Source of the DNA: the human T2T-CHM13v2.0 reference genome, Homo sapiens
Direction: 5' to 3' (one strand)
Length of the DNA: 64,000 nt
Assembly (NCBI RefSeq): GCF_009914755.1
Contig: NC_060932.1
Shown here: positions 15,371 through 28,200 of the stretch, one piece after another
Layout: every line of letters begins with the position of its first letter
Position numbering within the stretch: position 1 is the first letter of the stretch
Program-made: the position numbers and the translations under genes
Notes under the pieces: generated by a model
Seen by the model: only the letters and a program-made list of their open reading frames with translations
What the model was told of the DNA's origin: nothing
The model's database searches: none

Positions 15371-16129
15371 TCTGAGAACGGAAAGAGCCTACTTGCCCTA
15401 CATAGCTTTGAAAACCTAAAACCCAAGCCTTTAAATTTCTGCTGTAGTCAAATGCCTTTGGTACAAAAGTGGTTTTAGTGCTTACTTAGTATTATGGCCT
15501 GAACTTTTCTTTGTATTTTTAATTCTGATCCCTAGGCATTTTCCTTAAAGTTCTGGAATCACAGCTATTTATACTATTTACATAAAAGAAGGTTTATTTT
15601 ATTCGACACTTTGATGTGTTATTAGTAGGAAGGATTCTTGAGACTACATTCTCAATATTTCAAGAAGCAAACGTTCTAAATTTGTACAATGTCAGCATGA
15701 AATTATAATATTAAAAGAGAAGTAATAGACCTTCCCTAAAGACATTGTTAGTTGTATTGAAAGAACTAGGTATTACTCATTTGAAGAAAGGAAAGAATGT
15801 CTTTTTGGTTTTATATGAGATACTTACATTATGTTGGCTGGAATATTTAAAACATGAATAATCAAGTAATTGCTAATTAAGATCAGATAACATTTTTGTA
15901 TTATTAAGTTGGATAGCTAAAAATAATGCTATATCCAGTACCAGGACAGGATCAGAAAAATGGCATTCATGAGGAGAGTTGAAACTCCCCAAAAATGTAG
16001 GAAAATAAATTGTAAATCTGTATGAAAAACCTAGAAATGTGTCCTAAAAAAATCCTCTGATATTTCCAACTAGAATTGCTACAAAAATATCTTAACTTAT
16101 ATGTTATTTGTAAGAGGAAATCTGGAAAT

Positions 16130-16402
16130 TAATTCATTATTCACCCAGTAAATATTTTTTGAGTTTCTGCCATGAGTCAGAGATATATAGGCAGACCCTG
16201 AGATATGTAGCAGTGAACAAAAAAATGATGCTCCTGGTCTCTAGAAACTGACAAATAAAGTTGTGGGGGTGGGGACAGAAAAAGAAACAAACAAATTGGT
16301 ATATGTGATGCTATCAGCACTATAAAAAAGGGTGCTACTCCACATAGGGTGGTCAGAAAAGATATCTCGGGTAAAATGATATTGGAGAAGAATCCTGAAC
16401 AA
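16130..16402 (-). mobile_element. L2 3' end
   Basis: attcattattcacccagtaaatatttttgag ... cagtgaacaaaa, typical antisense L2a end. Confidence 0.75.
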
Positions 16403-17794
16403 GGTTGCAGGCTTCTCCCTTTGGGCAGCAGTGAGAATAGCTGTGCTGTTTTGGTTTGATTGGCAGTGAGGTAGCCCATATGCTCAACCAGTATTGAGAC
16501 AAAACAATATCAAGTTTCCTATAGTCTGGCACAGTGGACAGTGGCTTTAGAATCCAGCCTCAAGAAGAAGTCAGAATCTCCATCTTACTAAGAATTGATG
16601 GGATTGATCAAGAAAGTCATCTTTCTTGAGGTTTTTGCAAATATTTGAGTATAGGGATGGTGGGGGGAAGGTGACCAATATGGGAAAGACATCATTTCAA
16701 TGCCAGGACTGTAGTCTCTAATTTCAGTTTAAATGAGAGACATTTAATCCTGTCCCAGCCCCCAGCTGTGTAAACTGCTGACTTCAGTTCTAGCCAAAAT
16801 GTCCTGCTATTCAACTAACCAGGAAAGTTAAAGACTACTTAGAATACTATAACATTGACAACAGACAGATTTAGTTATTTTGGAAGCCCATCAGTACAAC
16901 AAATAAGCCCTAAACCTAATATCACTATATATATCCCGGTATAGACAATACACTTTTCAATGTTGCTATATTGCTGTATACCTTTAAATGAGGGAACTTA
17001 ACACATTTCATTTGTTGCTGGTTGCTTTTCTATTTCTTTTTTTCCTTCTCTACCCATTCATACAAATTACCCTTTCTAAGATGTACTTGTTTTTAAATTT
17101 CTCCGTCTGAGGCATTTTTTTTTTAGATTTGCTAAAAGGCATTATTTTGCTCTCTGTATGGCTAATAGATACTTGAACACTTGCAGTACACAAAATCCCA
17201 GAAACACACATTCAGAAAGTTCTAAAGTCAAGGATTTCAAAAACAAAATGAAAACACTGAAATACCAAATTTCAACAGATAGATGTATTGAATCCTGGTT
17301 ATTACTCTGATTCAGTACAATAAATACCCTCTACAGGGGATATTGAAAGATAATGAAGAGCTTTTGAAATCCCATATCTTGTGAAGTGTTATATTTTTAC
17401 ACTCAGAAAATTCACACTTTTTTTCTGAAATATTAGAAAAAACCCCTTTCTCTCTTAATGAGCTCTGCTAGCAAATTTCCTACCAGATGAACTGTTTGGA
17501 GAAATAAATCTCTAAAGTTTGGAAATGGAAAATTTAATCTGGTACACTGGCTCTTTTTCTAATAGAATATTGTATCCAGCAGTCTCAAAATACTCCTTCC
17601 CCTGTCCCTCCCTGCACTGTGGTTCAAAAGCACATGGCCCCCTTTGAGTATTTTAATAATCAAAAGCTAGATATAAAGGAAGAAAAAAGAAACAAGACTA
17701 TTCTGCTGAAATTTTTTAATGAGCTTAAGATTTTATAATATACTATTGATAAAAGAAGATTGTATTGTTGTTGTTATTTAAAATAAAAAAGACC

Positions 17795-17886
17795 CTCTTT
17801 CCCTGCTGACTGTACAAAAAAGTCTCTCTGAAGCATCACACTCTTTTCCTGCTGACTGTACAAAGGAATCTTTCTGAAGCATCACA
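17795..17886. repeat. Two-copy 46-bp tandem duplication
   Basis: Units 17795-17840 and 17841-17886, 41/46 identical. Confidence 0.9.
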
Positions 17887-18023
17887 CAACCAGAAGGGTG
17901 CCATCTTAGTCACCTCAGTCAGCCACATGAGTTCCGTCACCATCTGATTCTTTTTCCTCCTTCCTCAAGTTTTTCAAACAATGTCTGGGGATCAAAGGTA
18001 ATATAAATCCACACAAAAATTAC

Positions 18024-18077
18024 CATATATATATTATATATATATATATATATAAAATATATATATATATATATATA
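18024..18077. repeat. (TA)n microsatellite
   Basis: Directly visible. Confidence 0.95.
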
Positions 18078-18959
18078 GTGAGAAATGTGCTATTCCCAAC
18101 TCTGCAAGGATTCCTAAAAGACAGAGTATAACCAGGTTACCATCTCTATAAAACTTCCCCTGCAGAGGGGAGCTTTCTTTCTACTTTTCACACCACAATG
18201 AAAGAGGAAGAAACAAAGTATCTGAGGACATGATTTCTAGTCATAAGATGTGAAGACATCCTATTATTTTCTCTCCTACTGAGCTTGGTAACAATCTGGA
18301 TTGCTTTATTAGCTACTGTTATTCCAATAAAAGTAATTAAAACAATCACCCTGGCGAAACTTTCCTAACGAAAATATAAGCCTCACTTGGCATTTGACTG
18401 TGAATTGAAGAGTCTTTACTCATCCAGGCTCCTTAGATATTATTATTAGTTGGCTTAAATGACTATAAACTCCCATTTTTAAATCCAGACTTATCTAATA
18501 AATACAAGTCATTAGAATGGTATATATCTAAAAAGATTTTCTTCGGGAATTTTAAAAGCCACCTTAGTCATTTATGTCTATAAATGCAATTCTTTTTAAA
18601 ATGGGAAAAGTTATTATATAATAAGATATTCATAAGCATAATCATCTCAATAATCTTAGAATTCACAAATGATTTATACAGCAATCCTGTGGGAAAGGCA
18701 CAGTAGCATCATTTTGTCCATATTGTGAAAGTATGTGACCCTACAGGTAGAAAGGGCCAAAGTCAGTCTAAAACCCATGTCTTCTTTGTGTAAGTATGGC
18801 TTTTGCCAAAAAAAATCTTTCTTGAGACCTGTTAAATATCAAAAAGTCTTATGAAGTACAATAACAAATTTTTCATTGGAGGGCTCTAAAAATGAGATTA
18901 AGTCTCATTTATTATTGGGTTAAACTTAAAGTAGGTGTGGGCAGAGGTGGACAGGTAGG

Positions 18960-19447
18960 TGTGATGGTAAATTTCATGTGGCAACTTGATTGGGCTCAAG
19001 AATGCCCACATAGGTGATAAAGCATTATTTCTCGGTGTGTCTGTGATGGTGTTTCTGGAAAAGATTAGCGTTGGAATCAGCAGACTGAGTAAACAACATC
19101 CGCCCTTCATCCGTGTGGGTGGGCATCATCCAGTCTGTTCAGGGCCTGAATAGAACAAAAAGGCAGAAGAAGGGTGAATTCACTCTTTGAGCTGTGATAC
19201 CCGTCTTCTTCAACCTTAGACCTCTGTGCTTATAGTTGTGTAGCCACCAGACTAGTACTGAATTACATCACTAGAATTCCTGGTTCTTCAGCTTACAGGC
19301 TGAATATTGTGTGACTTCTCAGCCTCCATAATTGCCTTCATCAATTCCTATAATAAACATATCTCTATCTCTATTTATCTATACATCTATCTACCCATCT
19401 ATCTGTATCCTATTGGTTCTATTTCTTTGAGGAGCCCCAAATAATAT
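18960..19447 (+). mobile_element. MLT2 (HERV-L) solo LTR, MLT2C/D-like
   Basis: Starts tgtgatggtaaatttcatgtggcaacttgattggg; ends cctattggttctatttctttgaggagcccc. Confidence 0.88.
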
Positions 19448-20361
19448 GATGAAGGAAATTTTAAAAAATAGAGAAGCTTCCTTTCAGTCCAGAAAGAAAT
19501 ATTTATTTTGACTATTTTCAAATAGAGCTGAAAGAAAATTAAGTCGAATTGATAAAACAGTCACAGAAGTCCAAAAACCAAACAATATCAAAATTCTTAA
19601 GTAGAGAAGAAAGAGAATGTGTTCTTGAATAAAGTGCTAATTTAAAGCAAAGACTAGATTGCCTCATGTTAATGGAGCCAACCTTATTTGTGAAATTATG
19701 CATTTATTTCAATAAAATTGAGTATGTTTTTCATAAACATTTGTAACATTCATTTAAAATCATTGAAACAAGAACATTTTGTCAGTACACCTCTCATTTT
19801 CTTATAGATCAGATATTAACTTGCTGGTTTTGTAAAAAAAAGTGACATATAAAATACTTGGTCAATAAATACTAAATATAATTCAGGAAAAAGTATACTT
19901 TTTTCAGGTAGCATAGTACAAATAACATACTTAAATAATTTTGACACCTTCTAATGAGTTCTTTAATTCCCATGGTGACACTGCCAAAAGCTTTGGCAGA
20001 GAAACATCAGTTTCTAGGACGTTATTACTTATTGGAAAAGTTTTCCAAATGTTATTGATTACATCAGTGTAATTACATTCAACAAACATTTATTGAATAC
20101 GAACTATGCTAAGACCTAAGAATATAAGTAGGAATCTTCATCACTGTTAGTAATTATCACTGATGTTTAATTAGCAATTATTTTACACCTACAAGTTGTT
20201 TAATAACTTCTTTCTTCAATCAGTTTAGAATTATGATCAAGAATACGTGAGTCTGCAACCAAGTTTTAGTATCATAGGATACTACATTAAAGGCTCCATG
20301 TTCCCTCTCTTAACTCTCTGGCGAAGTCCACCTGAGCCCTCCCACTGGATGCGGACCCAAC

Positions 20362-21144
20362 TGTGTCCAGAATTGGTTCCTTCCAGTGGGTTCTTGGTCT
20401 CGCTGACTTCAGGAATGAAGCCGTGGACCCTCGCGGTGAGTGTTACAGTTCTTAAAGATGGTATGTCCAGAGTTTGTTCTTTCAGATGTTCAGATGTGTC
20501 CGGAGTTTATTCCTTCTGGTGGGTTCGTGGTCTTCCTGACTTCAGGAGTAAAGCCGCAGACCTTCACAGTGAGCATTACAGCTCTTAAAGGTGGTGAGTC
20601 CAGAGTTGTTCATTCCTCCCTGTAGGTTCGTGGTCTCGCTGACTTTAGGAGTGAAGCCACAGACCTTCACAGTGAGTGTTACAGCCCATAAAGGTAGTGC
20701 AGACCCAACGAGTGAGCAGCAGCAAGATTGACTGTGAAGAGCAAAAGAACAGAGCCTCCACAGGGTGGAAGGGGACCCAAGCGGGTTGCCACGCCTGGCT
20801 CCGGCTTTTATTTTATTCCCTTATTTGGCCCCACCCATGTCTTGCTGATTGGTCCATTTTACAGAGCGCTGATTGGTCCATTTTACAGAGTGCTGATTGG
20901 TCCGTTTTTACAGAGGGCTGATTGTTGTGTTTACAATCCTTTAGCTACACACAGAGTGCTGACTGGTGCGTTTTTACAGAGTACTGATTGGTGCATTTAC
21001 AAACCTTTAGCTAGACACAGAGCACTGATTAGTGAGTTCTTACAGAGTGCTGACTGGTGTGTTTACAAATCTTTAGCTAGACAGAAAAGTTCTCCAAGTC
21101 CAGGAAGTTCTCGACCCAGGAAGTCCAGCTGGCTTCATCTCTCA
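20362..21144 (-). mobile_element. LTR12 (ERV9) solo LTR
   Basis: TG...CA termini, tandem gctgattggt (CCAAT) repeats, 4-bp TSD caac at 20358-20361 and 21145-21148. Confidence 0.95.
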
Positions 21145-21396
21145 CAACTATTGTGGCCATGCATCCTGGGCCTGTTCTGCCAGCCCTGTCTGCTCCATAC
21201 AGGTGGCTCCCTGGTGTGACCGGGAAGACTCTGAGGCCCCTGCAGCCAGTGCTGGGCCCTCAGTCCCTCCCAGGCCCCGACTCACCCTCCTTGTGGTCCC
21301 TGGGACCCTGGAGCCCAGCCTGGATCACCCTGTCAGGGACTGGGGTGTACCAGCAAGTCTGTGTAGATTTTCATATTTAAAATACAAGTTCAGACC

Positions 21397-23329
21397 AGAG
21401 GATCACCATGGTGGTCTGGAGGCAGGACTAGATTGCAGCTCCCACTAGAACAGATAGAGCAGTGTGCAGAGGCTCATGTGGTAGATTTTAGCTGCAGAAT
21501 GACTACAAGAATAAATCAGGAATCCCAAGAGGACCTATACACCCTATGAAGGAAGTAGCTGCTCCTGCAGGACCCAGGAGACACCCCAAATACTGTGCTG
21601 GTATCCATGGCTGAGAGATCCATAGATGGTTCACATCACAGGACTCCATGCAGACAACCCCCAGTACCAGCCTGGAGCCTGGTAGACTTGCTGGGTGGCT
21701 AGACCCAGAAGAGAGATAACAATCTCTATAGCTTGGCTCTCAGGAAGCCACATCTATAGGAAAAGAGGAAGAGTACTATATCAAGGGAACACCCCATGGG
21801 ACAAAAGAATCTGACCAACAGCCTTCAGCCCTAGACCTTCCCTCTGACAGAGCCTACCCAAATGAGAAGGAACCAGAAAACCAACTCTGGTAATATGACA
21901 AAACTAGGCTATTTAACACCCCAAAAAAATCACACTAGCTCACCAGCAATGAGTCCAAACCAAGAACAAATCCCTGATTCACCTGAAAAAGAATTCAGGA
22001 GGTTAGTTATTAAGCTAATTAGGGCGGCATCAGAGAAAGGTGAAGCCCAATGTAAGGAAATCCAAAAAACTGTGCAAGAAGTGAAGGGAAAAATATTCAA
22101 GGAAATAGATAGATAAAGAAAAAACAATCAAAACTTCAGGAAACATTGGACACACTTATGGAAATGCAAAATGCTCTGGAAAGTCTGAGCAATAGAATTG
22201 AACAAGTAGAACAAAGAAATTCAGAGCTCAAAGACAAGGTTGAATTAACCCAATACAAAAAAGACAAAAAAAGAATATGAAAATATGAACAAAGCCTCCA
22301 AGAAGTCTGGGATTATGTTAAACAACCAAACCTAAGAATAATTGGTGTTCCTGAGGAAGAAGAGAAATCTAGATGTTTGGAAAACATTTTGTGGGGAATA
22401 ATTGAGTAAAACTTCCCCAGCCTTGTTAGAGACCTAGACATCCAAATACAAGAAGCACAAAGAACACCTGGGAAAGTCACTGCAAAAAGATCACTGCCTA
22501 GGCACATTGTCATCAAGTTATCTAAAGTCAAGATGAAGAAAAGAATCTTAGGAGCTATAAGATGCAAGCACCAGCTAACCTATAAAGGAAAACCTATCAG
22601 ATCAACAGCAGATTTACCAGCAGAAACCCTACAAGTTAGAAGGGATAAAAGCCGTATCTTCATCCTCCTCAAATAAAACAATTATCAGCCAATAATTTTG
22701 TATCCAGTGAAACTAAGCCTAATATATGAAGGAAAAATACAGTCTTTTTCAGACAAACAAATGCTGAGAAAGTTCACCACTATAAAGCCACCACTACAAG
22801 AACTGCTAGAAGGAGCTCTAAATCTCAGAACAAATCCTGGAAACACATCAAAACAGAACCTCTTTAAGTCATAAATATCACAGGACCTATAAAATAAAAA
22901 TAAAATTTAAAAAGCAAAAACAAAAAAACAAAAAACCAAGATACATAGGCAACAAATAACATGATGAATAAATGGTACGTCACATCTCAATACTAACATT
23001 GAATGTAAATGGCCTAAATGCTCCACTTAAAAGATACAAAACTGCAAAATGGATAAGAGTTCACCAACCGTCTGCTGCCTTGGAGACTCACCTAACACAC
23101 GAGGACTCACATAAACTTAAAGTAAAGGGGTGGAAAAAGGCATTTCATGCAAATGGACACCAAAAGCAACCAGGGCTAGCTATTCTTATATCAGACAAAA
23201 CAAGCTTTAAACCAACAGCAGTTAAAAAAGACAAAGAGGGACATTATATAATGGTAAAAAGCCTTGTCCAACAGGAAAATATGACAATCCTAAACATATA
23301 TGCACCTAACACTGGAGGTCCCAAATTTA
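21397..23329 (+). mobile_element. L1PB 5' part (L1PBa-type 5'UTR, disrupted ORF1, start of ORF2 endonuclease), 3'-truncated
   Basis: gaggcaggactagattgcagctcccac 5'UTR; ORF1 MRRNQKTNSGNMTK at 21862; ORF2 start HISILTLNVNGLNAPLKR ... NIYAPN at 22972; ends abruptly without poly(A). Confidence 0.92.
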
Positions 23330-23819
23330 GTATCATAGGATACTACATAAATGAAAATTATTTATGTTCTTTCGTGTTATGTGCTGATAATTTATAAAAT
23401 GATTTTGGTACACAAACCATTCAAAACTAGATATCCTCAACTGCAAAAATATGTAAATGAACATAAATAGTTCCTCTTGCATACCATATTCAACTTATGT
23501 GAATCTGTATAAGCTACAAAATATGCATTAGTTTAAGGTTAGTCATTCATAGTATAGGTGTTTTTTTGGTTTTGTTTTGTTTTTTTGTATTTGGGAAGAG
23601 GAAGGCAGACCAAGCTGAATCTTTCTTTTTTTTTTTTTTTAAAGACCTTTCTACCTGACCAAGAAAAATAAAACATTTTCCTAATTGAAAATAAAAAGAA
23701 AAATTGCGGGGGGAATGGGGTTGGGAATATTGTCATATAGAGAGAGAAAATTATGAACAAAAGACCAGAGATAGAATAAGCTAACAAGATAATGTAACAA
23801 AACTACTTAATGAGTGACT

Positions 23820-24342
23820 AGGAGCCAATTTGCAATGGTGGAAATGTTCTGTATCTGTGTTTTTCAATTGCCATTGACTATATGTGGCTATTGAGAAATT
23901 AAAATTTAAGGACACTGAATAACTAAATTTTTAATTTTACTTAATTTTTATCAATTATATTTTAGATTTCAAAGTTAACATTCTATTCAGTTATTATAAA
24001 ACATTTAGATAGGCTTGCATAAACTTGGATGTGGACATCCATGTTTTCAACTATGTATTTCACAAAATCTAAATATAGATGAAAAGCTTCAGTGAAAATG
24101 TAGTACTTAACTTGAGATGTGTTGTAATTGTAAAATACTTAAATTTCAAAGACAATATTGTAAAACAAAATGTAAAAGATCATTAATATTTGTATATTTA
24201 TTACATGTTTAAATGATAATATCTTGGATGTATTATGTTAAATAAAATTATCAAAATTAATTTTAACTATTTTTTAATGTGCCTACTAGAAAATTTAAAA
24301 CTTACAATGTGGCTTACATTATATTCCTTTTGCACAATGCTG
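23820..24342. mobile_element. hAT-Charlie1 derivative (Charlie1b/MER33-like)
   Basis: tggaaatgttctgtatctgtg ... tatgtggctattgag at one end and actagaaaatttaaaacttacaatgtggcttacatt ... gctg at the other. Confidence 0.75.
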
Positions 24343-25224
24343 ACCTAGAGCATTTTCTTCTCTATGAAATGACATCTAACAGGCACTCGCTTTCTAGTTC
24401 CCTCTCATAATCTTTCTCTTGACTTCCTTTCTTTAGGATAAAAAATGTCCTACCTTATCTCTGTGATCTCATCCTCTTATCTTCCTTTCATCTAGGCCAA
24501 AAAAATCACTACTATGGTTGTAAAATTGCTTATTTGCCCTTCTTTCAAATGATTAATACCTGTAAATACCTAAGTTTGGAGAAATTCATAGTTGAGCATC
24601 TTAATCTTTGAGATAGTCACATACTCTTTTGAGAATCAAAGAAAAGCTATGGATTTTGTCTTAGTATAAGATACACAAATGTATAAACCTTTATAGTATG
24701 TACAAAGCTCAGTCCCTAAATGTTTGTAAGAAATAAAAAAAATTCTTCCTGGTTTTCTAAATAATCTTAATTTTATTTTACAACTTCATACCTCCCAAGT
24801 ATCAAAAACTAACTCAGTTATGTCAGTATTCTTTCTTCCCACCATTTCTGTTACATTGGCATTCTAGAGGGAAAAATAAAATGCGAAGTTTTTGGAACAG
24901 ATGTGTTTTACCCTCAGTGTTATCTGTTACAAAGGTATTTTCTAAGATGTCCATGTGTGCATCCACACCCCAGGTATCAGTCAACTAATCAATACTGTGT
25001 TGTTCCAGGTTGCTATCTGCAAAGCCCCTTTCAGGCTGCACTCTGAGGCTGTTTTCCCTCAGTTGACTCTGTGACATTTATAGTCACTACAGCTTTCTGA
25101 AGCACATGGGCCATCCAGGGCTTGTAAGAAATTCTGTGTAACTGTCTGTGGTCTTTTGCTACCTAGGCACATTACACGTTTTTTTATTTATATACATCTG
25201 GAATATCACTGTCCACTACACAAC

Positions 25225-25435
25225 AGGATTCAAATTCTGACTTCACTACTTACTAGCTATGTGACTTTGGACAGATTAATTAACTTCTCTGTCCAATGTT
25301 TATTCATCCTTATAAGAGAATAACAATAGTATATGCCTCATAAGCTGGTTCTAAGGATTTAGAGAGTTAAAAACTTATAAAGCTTATGGAGCTGTGTCCT
25401 ATACATTGTAAACTCTCAGTAACTTAGCTGTCACA
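25225..25435 (+). mobile_element. MIR SINE
   Basis: ggattcaaattctgacttcactacttactagctatgtgactttggacag. Confidence 0.85.
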
Positions 25436-25635
25436 TTTTGGTTACTGTTAAATTACATAGAGTAATAAGTGATTTTTGAATGTTTGAGATTTCTGGGGAA
25501 AAATATTTGTTTGTTTAATCCTAGTTTAAGAGGTATAGCTTAGACTCATCTATGATACACAGAATAAGAATTAATTCTGCCTGTGATAACTTTATGTCAA
25601 GACAAATGTGATCAGCTAGTATCTCACCCATGCGA

Positions 25636-26198
25636 TGTCTTAGTGCATTTAGTGTTGCTATAACAGGATATTGAGATAAGGTAAGTTATAAAGAAAAGAG
25701 GTTAATTTCATTCACAGTTCTTCAGGCTAGGATGTTCAAGGACAAGGCTCTGGTTTCTGTTGAGGGTTTTTGTGCTGCATTTTAACATGGTGGAGAAGGC
25801 CAAAGGAGAAGTAAGCCTGTGCTAAGAGACAAAACCAGAGCAGTATACTGACTTTATAAAAACCCATTCTTGTGGGAACTAATCCATTCCCATGAGAACT
25901 AGCATAGTCTCTCCTTAACAACAACTCACTCACTACCAGAAGAATGGTACCAAGCCATTCATGGGGAATCTGCCCCCATGGCCAAAACACTTCCCACTAG
26001 GCCCCGCCTCCCAGCACCACCACACTGGGAATCAAATTTCAACATTAGTTTTAATAGGGACAAACACACATATACACATATATACTATATATATAATATA
26101 TATACATATATAAATACATATAATATATATACATATATAAAATATATATAATATATACAGATATACACATAAATTATATATATAAACACATCAGCAGC
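25636..26198 (-). mobile_element. MST (MaLR) solo LTR with a (TA/CA)-rich expansion at 26063-26190 near its end
   Basis: tgtcttagtgcatttagtgttgctataacag ... ggaatcaaatttcaacat. Confidence 0.85.
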
Positions 26199-27129
26199 CA
26201 CCATCCTACCTAATGTAAGTCATAATAACAAGATTTATTATCTTTCGTCTTCCTGTGGAAAATCTCTGTGGCTCTATTATCTGCTTTACCTTTTGTGTCA
26301 GCCACTATAGGTGACCTGACTAAACTTCTATTTCAGTCTCTTTATCCCTTGCCTAATTCCATTATAAGAATTTAAAAGCTAATAAATCACCAGTTTTCCT
26401 TTCAGGGAGAGGATAAGCCATGCAACACAGTACAGAACAGTAAGATGTAAGCAGGACTCCATGTTCTGTTAGATTTTTCCACTTGAAAGAGAAACAATTG
26501 AAAGGATTCAGAGTTAGTATCAATTCCATGACCATAAGGGAGAAGCCTTCTCATTTCTCAAGAAATTCGTTTTTGAAAAAAATGAGGTATTGGCAGGAAA
26601 AACATTCCAGAAAGAAACATTAGCATGTGCAGTTGACATGGGGCAGGAAAAATCATTGGGATAAAAGCAAAATCTTCCTATCCTCCAAATTCGAGAAAGG
26701 AAAAGACTGATTATCCTTTGGCTAAAGCCCCATACTGAGCTATGAACTACCAGATCTGGCTTTAAATTTGTCCCATTTCACCTGTAACCATGCAATTATT
26801 TCAATAACCACACCTCTGAATGCCAACCAATCTGCGACACTTTTCTGACACTTAGTCTATCAGCAAAAGCCTCACTCCAGTGCTTACACTTCTGAAAGTC
26901 ATTGAGCTACAGCCATATTCAGAAACCACGCTCGCACATCTGACAGCCAGCCAATTCCTAAACTTTTTGGACCTACAAATTCTTCACCTCCAGAACTCCT
27001 TGATTTCTAAAACCCCATATAAGATAACCATTATGAGAGACAACATGCTTTGAAATTACTTGGCAAGAAATGTTATGTTTTCTTTCTTTTTGTTGTTGTT
27101 ATTGAGTGGTATCTGTTATTTTGGTAGTT

Positions 27130-28200
27130 GCTATGAAGAACTAATAGAAGCCAGAAAGAGGTCCCAAGGAAAAGATGAAAGATAAACCTGGAGAATCACC
27201 GGCAGCCAGATAATAAAAGACCATCTAGGCTATGTTTTATAACTTTTAGCTATGTATCAAGATTAATGAGAAGCCATTGAAGGATTGCCAGGTGGTGTGG
27301 CAGGGACTGTTATGATAAAATTTACATTTATATAATCTTATTTTAGCTTCAGAGTAGATATAGAATTGTGAACATTCAGTGGGGGTACTTCTACAAATAA
27401 ATCATGTATCTATTTAGGAAAGGTTGCTGGCAGCTTGGATTATTGAGATACTGGTAGTGATGCAGAAAATTTATCACATTTGAGAGTTAGTTACAAAGTA
27501 CAATTAAAAGGACTTACAGATAAATTAGAGAAGTGATATGAGGGAGAGCAAAGTATTAGGGATAAATCCTTGTTTTTGGACTTTGGTGAAAAAATGGAGT
27601 GCAGGCCATTCACCAAGTGTAGGGTCAACAGAAAAGAATCAGTTTGGGAGTGGTGAAAGATTATGGATGCATTTTGAATATAATGAGTTTGAGGTGCCTT
27701 TGAGTATTTAAGAGAAGATTTCGAGGCGGTCATGGAATGCATGAGTCTGGACTTCAAATAAGAGACATAGGCTGAGAATATACATGTAGAGTCTTCTATC
27801 TTGAGGAACTCCATACATTCCTGGCTTTAGAAAAAAGATGAATCTGTCAAGGAGCTACAGAAGAGATAGCAGGAATTGTCAGGAGAAGGAGAAAAATAGA
27901 GTTTGTTGTCGTGGAAGCCAAATACAGAATCTTTCAAGAAGAAAGGAAGTCAATGATGTTAAATGCTGCTGAGAGGTCATATAAAGTGACACCTGCAAAA
28001 ATGGCCCAAGGAATGAGTGATCTGGAGGTCACTGGTGGCCTGAGCCAGAATTCTTCTGCTGAAGTGATATGAAAAGAAGCCGGATTGGAGATAATTAAGT
28101 AAGGAGTGGGAGGTTATGAAATGGAAATGAAAAACACAAGGGTAACCAATCTTCTTCACACATTTCATTGCTAAGAACAAGAACTGTCTAGGGAGACAGC
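27130..28200 (-). mobile_element. L2 LINE fragment
   Basis: gagaagccattgaaggatt, tgagtttgaggtgcct, gttaaatgctgctgagaggtca, ggaggtcactggtggcct. Confidence 0.8.

Noticed and set aside
20400-21075. Regularly spaced repeats that could suggest a CRISPR-like array
   Set aside because: These are the internal tandem repeats of LTR12; eukaryotic DNA, no unique spacers, no cas genes
21286-21329. Minus-strand AG/GTGAGT-bounded Gly/Pro-rich segment resembling a collagen exon
   Set aside because: 44 nt and out of Gly-X-Y register; plausible by chance in GC-rich DNA
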